Below are positions 1 to 6,975 of a DNA stretch of 6,975 nucleotides, one piece after another. The translations under genes were made by a program, and so were the position numbers. Below the pieces are notes generated by a model that made no database searches, was not told the origin of the DNA, and saw only the letters and a program-made list of their open reading frames with translations. Every line of letters begins with the position of its first letter. Within the stretch, counting starts at the first letter, position 1. Source of the stretch: Candidatus Vampirococcus lugosii (GTDB lineage Bacteria; Patescibacteriota; Gracilibacteria; Absconditabacterales; Absconditicoccaceae); the NCBI RefSeq assembly GCF_018420025.1, contig NZ_JAEDAM010000054.1, positions 1 through 6,975 on the forward strand. The letters are read 5' to 3'.

Positions 1-111
1 AACATAAAAGACAATTATCCAAAGTATGTAATAAGTATGGATGATAGTTTTGGTGAAAGTTATGACTGAATAGAAAATATAAATATAATTGATTGGTTAA
101 TTAAGTTTTAA
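1..111 (+). CDS. 3' end of a P-loop ATPase of the AAA_14/DUF4143 (COG1373-like) type; the 5' part lies outside the window
   Basis: Frame +1 is open from nt 1 to TAA 109-111. With TGA=Gly it translates as NIKDNYPKYVISMDDSFGESYDGIENINIIDWLIKF. From memory this resembles the conserved C-terminal tail of DUF4143 ATPases (..NxPKxVxxxD....GIxxxNIxDxLL). Only 36 aa are visible, so the family call is tentative. Confidence 0.5.
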
Positions 112-131
112 TTTATAAATATTATTAAAAA

Positions 132-1703
132 ATGGCAGAGAAAGAAATATTATATTCTATAAATTGAGAGAAAATATATCCATTGAACACTAATTTAAAA
201 GAATGAAATAAATCTAAAAAATGATTTAATAGATGAGTAATTGTAAAAATTATTGATATGCTTGTAGCAAATAAAGTTAAAGAACAAAAAATTCAAAATT
301 TTCTTTATGATTTTTCTTCAGATGCAGAAACCAAGGAAGAAAAAAGAACTTATAAAGAAAAATTTTCTTTTAATTTGCCTAATAGTGGTAGTTTTAAGAG
401 TGTACTAAAAAAAATTGAAAAACATGATATTTATAATTTAGCTTGAATTTACGAACTTATTTTAGATTGAGAAAAAATTATTGATGAAGAAAAGCCAAAA
501 CAAGAAAAACAAATAAAACAAATTATAGATGAAATAAAAGAAAAACAAACTATACAAACAGAGCAGTTATACAATATATTGATGTCTTTGACTGTAAATA
601 ACTTTTTGATATTTTCATGACCTTCATGAACTTGAAAAACATCAATAGTAGATACACTTTCTGATAGTTTAGGTGGTAAATTTCATAAACTTCCTGTTAG
701 AGCAAACTTTAGTGATGAAAGTGCTATATTGGGGTACTGGAATCCACTACTTTCAAGATATGAATGAACTGAAACTTTAAGATTTTTGATTGAAGTTTAC
801 AAAAGTGAAAGAGAAATAAATTTTTTACTTCTTGATGAGATGAATCTTTCAAAAATTGAAAACTATTTTTCTACCTTTTTGTCTGAGATAGATAGACTGA
901 AAGAAAAATGAGAGACTACAATAACACTTTTTGAAACAAATATTACAAATAAAAAACAATATGAAAATATAAAATACTTTTTAGAAAATTATTTTAGTGA
1001 AGATTTTGAAAATAATATTTATTTTAGTTGAAACTTTTTAGAATATTGAAAAAAAGAAACAGATGAAAATTGAAACTTTGAAACAGAAGAAATACAATCT
1101 ATAAAAGTTTTTATAAAATTAAAAAATAATCTAAAAATCATCTGAACTATAAACGAAGATGAGACAACAAATAGCTTATCAAATAAAGTACTTGATAGAA
1201 GTCAGTTCGTAACATTTGAAGTATGAAACTTGTTTGGTGAGGATGAAAATGAAAATGAAGAATTAAATTTAAAGTATAAAAATTATTTTGATTCATTTTA
1301 TGAAGAAAAGATAAAATTAAATCAAATTGAAAATTATTTTAAAAAATTAGATAAATATAAAGAAATAAAAACAATTATAACAGCAATAAACGAGCAAATA
1401 AAAAACATAAGCATAAATGAAAGTGTATGATATAGAGCAATAGAAGAAATCATGACTTATATAAAAAATTATTGTAATTATAATTGAGAAGATAATATTG
1501 AAAATCTTACTAAAAAACTTACTGAAAGTTTGGATAACCAGATAAGTCAAAAAGTCCTTACAAAACTTAAAACTTTTAGTTTGATAGGAGAAGAGCAAAA
1601 AAAGGCTTTTAAAGAGATAGGGAATATATTAGAGAAATTTGAAAATAAAAAATTAGAAAAATCTATAAAGTTTTATAATCATTTAAAAAGTAATATGTTA
1701 TAG
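132..1703 (+). CDS. McrB-like AAA+ NTPase (AAA_5/COG1401-type motor subunit of a restriction-like system), 523 aa with TGA=Gly
   Basis: ATG 132 directly follows an in-frame TAA at 126-128, and the frame runs to TAG 1701-1703 with 18 in-frame TGA codons. Three motifs support the call: Walker A LIFSGPSGTGKTS (606-644), Walker B region FLLLDEMNLSKIENYFSTFLS (822-884), and GTINEDETTNSLSNKVLDRSQFVTFE (1143-1220). Together they match the DEMNL...YF and GT.N.DET...S.KVLDR signature I recognise in McrB-family AAA+ proteins. Track ORFs 258..446 and 1230..1430 are fragments of this frame. Confidence 0.85.
618..644 (+). other. Walker A / P-loop (GPSGTGKTS); all three glycines are encoded by TGA
   Basis: The codons are tga cct tca tga act tga aaa aca tca. 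Only TGA=Gly restores the GxxGxGK[ST] consensus. Confidence 0.9.
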
Positions 1704-1704
1704 G

Positions 1705-2499
1705 ATGAAAAAGTATTTTGAAGAAATAGAAATTTTGGAATGAGTCTATTGAAACATTTATTTCAAAAACAATTTACATAAATTTAAAACCTTAATTCAA
1801 AGGGATTGGAGTAAGTATTTTGATATAAAGTTTTTTGATTGAAAAAAAGAATTATTTTAAGATAACAATTGAGAAGAAGAGAAAGATAACAAAAATAATA
1901 AAGATAATAAAGATGAAAAAACTAAAGAAAAGGGAATATTTTTAGAAAAACTTCTTTTAAAATTAAATAATAAATTTAAATCTATACATGAATATTTTGA
2001 AATAGATGAAAAAACTAAAAATAAACCTTTAAATGAAAGAATTTATATTTTTAATGAAAGTAAAAAAGAAGAACTAAAAATATTTATAAGAAATTTTTAC
2101 AATAATTACTTACAGGAACATTATATAAAAAACAAATTTGATATAGATTTTATTAAAGAAAACAATTTTACTTTACAAAAACATTTCAATGTAAAAGAAT
2201 TCTTTTCAGACCATGAAAGTTTATTTGATAAAAATAATGATTTTGAAAAAGCAAAAAATAAAAGAATATATCTTTGAGTAAAAGATGAAAATAAAAAAGA
2301 ATTAAATACTTTAGAAGATCAGATAAATAATTTAAATGAAGAAAATAAATTTTATATAAAAGTAAATTTAAAAGATTTGGAAAATACAAAGATATGATGA
2401 GAAAAAATTGAATTAAATTGAACAACAAAATATGAAAATATATTTATATTAGAAAGATGAGATTATATTTATCATACTAAAAATAAAAATAATGGATAA
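1705..2499 (+). pseudogene. Unknown protein (264 sense codons) interrupted by a single in-frame TAA at 1858-1860; possibly a pseudogene, a sequencing error, or a 51-aa peptide plus a start-less downstream ORF
   Basis: ATG 1705 lies one nt after the upstream TAG (context TAGGATG). Frame +1 stays open to TAA 2497-2499 apart from the TAA at codon 52. The 212 codons after that TAA contain no TAA/TAG, and no in-frame ATG/GTG/TTG occurs before TTG 2377. The 3' end overlaps the next start (ATGGATAA at 2492-2499). The sequence just after the stop is a D/N/K/E-rich low-complexity stretch. I recognised no family motif. Confidence 0.55.
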
Positions 2500-4744
2500 A
2501 CAAATTTTGGAAAATTTAAAAGAATTTTTACCTCAAGATGTAGTAAATGAAATATTAATTTCTAATGGTTTTGAGCTTGAGTGAGAGCATAAAGGAACAG
2601 AAACAAGAACAGAAACAAAAACAGGAACAGGAACAGGAACAGGAACAGGAACAGGAACAGGAACAGGAACAGGAACAGGAACAGGAACAGGAACAAAAAC
2701 AGGAACAAAAACAGGAACAGAAACAGGAACAGAAACAGGAACAGAAACAAAAACAGAAACAAAAACAGGAACAGGAACAGGAACAAAAACAGGAACAAAA
2801 ACAGGAACAAAAACAGAAACAAAAACAGAAACAAAAACAGGAACAGGAACAGAAGCAGAAACAACAGAATGAAGTAAAAATAATAAACAAACAATTTTTG
2901 AATTTATAAATGAAAAACAGTTAGATAATTTTAAAAAACTAAATGTAGAAACTTGAACAAAAAATATCAGATATTGATTTGAAACTCTTAATACAGCTCC
3001 TTTTGAAAATAATAATTTGGAATATTTTATATTTCCAGTGTCTATAAGTAGTATACAAAAATTATTAGAACTATTAGCAGAGATAAGAGATTTGTTTAAG
3101 TGAAATGATTCCAGAAATTATATTCCAAATTTTTTAATGGAAGGAGAATGAGATTGAGCAGATATATTTATAGATAGAAAGATAAATTATCTTACATATT
3201 TGATAATAAATTTTTTAAATAACAATTGAAAACAACTTTTGCCTCATTATATAAACTATAATAATTTCAAACTTGATAAAATAAATCCTTCTTTATTAAA
3301 AAACGAAAATTTCTATAAAAATTTTATGGTGAAAGAAACTTCATATATACAAGATATGCAAGAAACTATAAACAACCCAAAAACTCAATTTTTGAAATAT
3401 TATCTTTTACATTTTATAAAAAATATTGAACCAGAATATGCAAATAAGATAAAATTTTTACTTCAAACATACTTAAAAGATGTAAAGTCACAAAAAACAA
3501 ATGTAAATATATCCCAATATAAAGACCTAAAAACAATTTTTGCACTTATGGAATCTATAATAGAATGAGATATTGCTACCAAAAGACAACTTTTAGATAA
3601 GATAAATGATCTATATGAGATATGGTTATTTCAAAAGATGGTTTATTATTTTAATCAGAACAAAGAAGAAAACAAAGATAAGAAAGAAAAGATAGAAGAA
3701 AAAATAAAGAAAAGATTAGAAGAAAAAATGTATTATACTATACATATTGATGAATTGAATAGATATTTATGAGAAAAAAATAAAGTTAACTTTAAAGACT
3801 GAATAGTAAGCAAAGAAAAAAAAATATATTTAAATGAAAAAATTATTTATTTAAAAAAAGAAGATGATTTTAAACAATTTGAAGTTGATAAATCATTAGA
3901 TGGTATTTTAGATCAAATAGAAGATATTAATACTAAAAATAACATTAAAAATAACATTATTAAACTTAATTTTAATGCAACTGAAATAAAAAGAAAACTA
4001 AATGATGAAATTTTAAAAGATTATAATAAAAAAGAATGAAAAATTGATTGAATAATTAACAAAATAAATAAAAATGAAAAGATTAAAAAAATTAAAGAAT
4101 TAGAAGAAAATCTTACCATCTGAAAATGATTTATAAAAGAAGATGATCCTGATTTTGATTTACTTGCAACAATAGATTTAGATAAACTTTCAAATCAATT
4201 TCAATGATATAATTTTAGTATATCACTTTGAGGACATAATAAAAATCTACAAAATAAAAATAAATGTATACTTGACCCAGTTTTATGTGATTTGATCTCA
4301 TCAAAAATAGAAGAACTTCAAGATATTTTAAAAAGTGATAAGATAACACCTGATTTTATTATTAAAATTAAAGGCTGAAAAAATATAATTTGATCAATAT
4401 TTTTGGATGCAAAATTTTCAAAATATCCTTTTTTCTTAAAAAATCAAAATAAAAAAGAAAATATGGATTATGCTCCAGTTTTTAAATATTATAAAGAACT
4501 TGCCAAAAATTTTTCTACTTCTGATATCGATAATAATTTCCCATACAAAGTTATTATACTTTTCCCTTGAGATAAGGAAGCTCAAGAATTAAAAGAATTA
4601 AACAATTATTTTCAAAGATATACAAATATAGTAGCTGTTCCTATGATGGTTTGAAATGAAAATATTTTAAATAAAAATTTAGATTATTTAGAAAAGTATA
4701 TAAAAGAATTTACAAGAGAAGTTATAAGAAAAAGAAAAGGTTAG
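2492..4744 (+). CDS. McrC/DUF524-like PD-(D/E)xK nuclease-domain protein, 750 aa, with an N-terminal (G/E/K)-T dipeptide repeat and a K/E/N-rich central region
   Basis: ATG 2492 overlaps the upstream stop by 8 nt. I checked frame +2 codon by codon, and it is open to TAG 4742-4744 with TGA read as sense. The C-terminal region reads ...KITPDFIIKIKGGKNIIGSIFLDAKFSKY..., with PD at 4349-4354 and D-A-K at 4406-4414. That is a classic PD...(D/E)xK core as in McrC (PD......DxKYK). An upstream helix, LYEIWLFQKM (3611-3640), resembles the lYE.W motif that precedes the core in DUF524-type nucleases. The gene sits downstream of a McrB-like gene. Track ORF 3239..3568 is an internal fragment whose 'M' is really a TTG Leu. 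Confidence 0.8.
2594..2863 (+). repeat. Tandem hexanucleotide repeat, 45 units of [GG/GA/AA]AACA, lying in frame inside the CDS
   Basis: My unit count is GGAACA x24, AAAACA x10, GAAACA x9, AGAACA x1 and GAAGCA x1. These include 12 consecutive perfect GGAACA units at 2624-2695. In the gene's frame they encode GT x24, KT x10, ET x9, RT x1 and EA x1, a total of 90 aa. Confidence 0.97.
4349..4414 (+). other. Putative PD-(D/E)xK nuclease catalytic core (PD ... DAK)
   Basis: The codons are cct gat (P-D) at 4349-4354 and gat gca aaa (D-A-K) at 4406-4414, separated by 17 residues (FIIKIKGGKNIIGSIFL). A hydrophobic beta-strand-like stretch precedes each acidic residue. Confidence 0.65.
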
Positions 4745-4745
4745 G

Positions 4746-6485
4746 TTACTTTGAAGTTCATAATATATCAGTAACAAATTTTGAAGAATCTTTTAAAAAT
4801 TCATTTCAATTATAAGTAACAATTTTTTCGGTCTTTTCTCAATATATAAATTCATTTATATTTTTACCTCATATTTTAAGATCAAAAGATACATAATTAT
4901 TTGTCATAAGAAAAGATATAGCATACAAAGATATTGTCAATGTTCCTAAAAATCTAAATCAGTTATGCCATCTAATATATTTAGATTCACTATAAAAATT
5001 TTTTCTTAAGAATTTATTTCATATATATAGTAAAATAATTCCAAAAGAAAGTATAAAAGAGAAAAAATATCATATAATAACCAAACTAATAACAAATACA
5101 GAATTATTGAATATATTTATTTTTTTTAATTTTTCTTGTTTATTGTCTTCAAATGCTTCATATTCTTCAAAGAAGGTATAAACTTTTATATATTCATAAT
5201 AATTTTCACATAATCCAAAGTATAACAATAATTTTATATAATCTATCTTATCTTTTTTTACACTTAAGTTATCATATAAAAATCTTAAAATATGAGTTTT
5301 TATAATATCAGCAAATATACTTTCTTGAAGTTTAATAATTAAAGATTTATAATTTTCTAAAGTATTTAAAAACTCTATAGATTGTTCTTTACTTTTAGAT
5401 ATATCTGAGATATCTTCAATATTTGATTTATAGTCAATTTTTACTTCAAGCCAATCTTGTTTTTTGCTATATTTGTTTTGTGTAAAATGCTTTACCCAGT
5501 TAGAAAACCTTATATCAAAGTTTTTTTCTTTTATACTATTTTTAAAATATCACCATAGATATCATTTTATTTGTCATTCTTTTTTTTCTGCAATATCTGA
5601 AACCTTTATATAATTTTCAAAATTAAATTCATAATTATATATAATATTTTCAATTTCTTTTCTTTCTTCTAATTTTTCTATTTGAGATTTTTTATATTCA
5701 TTTGTTTCATTGAAAGATAAAAGATTTATAATATCATTCATTTTTGAATAACTTATATCTTTGTTTATATATTTATCTATATCAAATAACTCAAAAATTT
5801 TAGCCAAAAACTCATATTTTTTACTGTAATTATTTTCATTTTTGAAATAAAAAGAAATAAGGTTGTTACAGAAAGATGATTCATTTGAATATCAAGATAA
5901 ATTTTTTAATTTTGTTCATTTTTTAAAACTTTCATCAATTAATATATCTCATTTTAAATTTGAAGTATTAAAATTTTTTGATTTTATTACTTGAATAATT
6001 AATTTTAGAAATTTCTGATAATTATCATTTTGAGTTAAATCATAAAAATCACCTTTTATCTCGCTTCTTTCATTTAAATAAGAAATAACTTTTTGTATGA
6101 AATGTTTAAAATCTTTATCAAATTTTGAGTAAATTTCTATGTGTTTTTCAGGATCAAAATATTTTGATTTCTTAGCATAATCAACGATTATTTCTTTGTA
6201 AATATTACTTATTCATATATCATATAAAAAAGAGTGTTTATTGTCATCAATATCAAAGTTATTAAAGCTTTTATTTAAAAAGATTGATATTTCTTTTAGG
6301 TAATTATTGATTTTTCAAAATATTTTTTTTACTCATATTAGAAAAGTGATTGGATTTTTTTTATTTATCAGTTCATCCAAATCACTTTTCAAGTATGTAA
6401 ATTTATTCAAATAATGTTCAATATTTTCAATTTCTTTTTTATTGTTTTCTTTTTCTATTTGTTTTTCAATATTTTTTTCACTCAT
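4746..6485 (-). CDS. Hypothetical protein, 579 aa: a large soluble N-terminal region (~460 aa) followed by C-terminal transmembrane segments
   Basis: The minus-strand ATG is at 6485-6483 and the TAA stop at 4748-4746. I verified the frame line by line, and it holds with 18 TGA codons read as Gly. Track ORF 5574..5807 is an internal fragment. The hydrophobic stretches are SVFVISLVIIGYFFSFILSFGIILLYIG and GFRFLGTLTISLYAISFLMT. I recognised no family signature. Confidence 0.8.
4902..5102 (-). other. Two predicted membrane-spanning hydrophobic segments of the minus-strand protein (5019-5102 and 4902-4961)
   Basis: There are 28- and 20-residue uncharged hydrophobic runs separated by a basic loop (NKFLRKNFYSESKYIRWHN). 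They were judged by eye only, and I ran no TM predictor. Confidence 0.6.
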
Positions 6486-6517
6486 GATTTTTATTTTATT
6501 TTTGTAAATATACTTAT

Positions 6518-6545
6518 ATGATATTTTTTATTTAATTTTTGTCAA
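6518..6545 (-). promoter_or_regulatory. Sigma70-like promoter candidate for the minus-strand gene
   Basis: On the minus strand, TTGACA (plus coordinates 6545-6540) is followed by a 16-nt spacer and then TATCAT (6523-6518). The -10 element lies about 32 nt upstream of ATG 6485. The AT-rich background makes chance -10 matches common, but an exact TTGACA is more informative. Confidence 0.35.
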
Positions 6546-6654
6546 TTTTTTGAATATAAAAACCTCAGCAATAAAATAGATAAAATAAATAAAATCTTTA
6601 TAAACAAATAATATGTTGGAAGGTGTTAGAGAATATAAATTTTAATTAAATTTT

Positions 6655-6713
6655 GTATTATAAGAAAAAATATTTGCATTTTATAAGATAATAAGTATTT
6701 TAAGAAAAAATAT
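6655..6713. repeat. Pair of 19-nt direct repeats (GTATT[A/T]TAAGAAAAAATAT) spaced 40 nt apart
   Basis: Copies lie at 6655-6673 and 6695-6713. They share a 13-nt perfect core, TAAGAAAAAATAT (6661-6673 and 6701-6713), and differ at one position in the 19 nt. They sit in the intergenic region upstream of the small HTH-like ORF. Confidence 0.6.
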
Positions 6714-6753
6714 CTATAAATAACAACAATATATTGATGTGTAATATAGAATA

Positions 6754-6885
6754 GTGTTATTTACACAAAAAGATATAATAGATAAAATTTTTATTTGTGA
6801 TCAATGGTCTGTTGCGAGTTTGGCAAATAAATATAATATAAGTAGACCGACAATGTATAAAGTGCAGAAGATTAATAATTTTTAA
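6754..6885 (+). CDS. Small helix-turn-helix-like ORF (43 aa from GTG 6754); possibly a remnant of a recombinase or transposase HTH
   Basis: The frame is open from 6745 to TAA 6883-6885 and translates as (V/M)LFTQKDIIDKIFICDQWSVASLANKYNISRPTMYKVQKINNF. The S.A.LA.KY.ISR.T.YK pattern is typical of resolvase or transposase-type HTH motifs. The stretch is locally more GC-rich than its flanks. It has no ATG start and is very short. Confidence 0.35.
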   Translation: MLFTQKDIIDKIFICDQWSVASLANKYNISRPTMYKVQKINNF

Positions 6886-6975
6886 CTTGAAAATAATTAT
6901 AATATGTATATATATAAATATAATATTTTATTAATTAAATTGAAATTATTTAAATGAGTGATTTTTTGAAAAAAG

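Noticed and set aside
1347-1598. 83-aa minus-strand ORF from the track
   Set aside because: It lies antisense to the well-supported McrB-like CDS. Its F/I/Y/L-rich low-complexity product is typical of chance antisense frames in AT-rich DNA, and it contains no motif.
2186-2428. 80-aa minus-strand ORF from the track
   Set aside because: It lies antisense to the long table-25 frame 1705-2499. It has the same low-complexity hydrophobic composition and no independent support.
2594-2863. A CRISPR array or other spaced repeat
   Set aside because: The units are 6 nt, directly abutting, with no spacers. The array is in frame within a CDS. It is a coding microsatellite, not a CRISPR array.
2555-2909. 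Three track ORFs over the repeat: 2555..2890(-) with Cys/Ser/Phe repeats, 2562..2894(-) with Phe/Leu repeats, and 2565..2909(+) with Glu/Gln/Lys repeats
   Set aside because: They are artefacts of a hexamer array that is stop-free in all six frames. Only frame +2 connects to a coupled ATG at 2492 and continues for 750 codons to 4744, so the repeat is read as (G/E/K)-T.
4745-4775. A GTTAC ... GTAAC inverted repeat as a bidirectional terminator between the convergent genes
   Set aside because: The stem is only 5 bp and AT-rich, the loop is 21 nt, and no flanking T-tract is arranged appropriately. It would not be a credible intrinsic terminator.
5487-5510. HEPN-like R-x6-H motif (RFSNWVKH) in the minus-strand protein
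   Set aside because: A single loose R...H spacing match has little specificity. It lacks the usual R[NHD]xxxH context, and helical packing cannot be judged by eye. I left the protein as hypothetical.
1-6975. Mycoplasma/Spiroplasma-type code 4 (TGA = Trp) as the explanation for the in-frame TGA codons
   Set aside because: Trp at the TGA positions would give WPSWTWKTS in the P-loop and WT in the GT.N.DET motif, destroying invariant glycines. TGG is also used for Trp throughout, and Gly would otherwise be strongly under-represented.
6954-6975. A possible gene start, ATG AGT GAT TTT TTG AAA AAA G (MSDFLKK...), at the right edge
   Set aside because: Only seven codons are visible. That is not enough to separate a real start from chance, so I did not report it as a feature.
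6486-6975. Calling the HTH-like ORF region an insertion sequence or mobile element
   Set aside because: I found no catalytic recombinase or transposase ORF, no terminal inverted repeats and no target-site duplication. All other frames are full of stops. At most it is a remnant.

Overview
This very AT-rich window looks almost ORF-free under the standard code. It becomes densely coding once TGA is read as glycine (translation table 25, known from Gracilibacteria/BD1-5 and Absconditabacteria/SR1). The clearest evidence is a Walker A loop at 618-644 spelled TGA-CCT-TCA-TGA-ACT-TGA-AAA-ACA-TCA, which gives G-P-S-G-T-G-K-T-S. With that code the window contains, in order: (1) the 3' end of a DUF4143-type ATPase (1-111, +). 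(2) A tightly coupled three-gene plus-strand operon: a McrB-like AAA+ NTPase (132-1703), a 264-codon unknown ORF broken by one in-frame TAA (1705-2499), and a 750-aa protein with a McrC/DUF524-like PD-(D/E)xK nuclease core at its C-terminus (2492-4744). Near its N-terminus this last protein carries 45 tandem hexanucleotide units that encode a (G/E/K)-Thr dipeptide repeat. (3) A convergent 579-aa minus-strand ORF of unknown function with C-terminal transmembrane segments (4746-6485). Its stop codon lies one nucleotide from the stop of the nuclease gene. (4) An AT-rich intergenic region with a sigma70-like promoter for the minus-strand gene, a 19-nt direct repeat pair, and a small helix-turn-helix-like ORF (6754-6885). 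The best candidate for a novel system is the atypical McrBC-like three-gene cassette, possibly together with the adjacent membrane protein. All functional calls rest on motifs I recognised by eye. No database search was possible.
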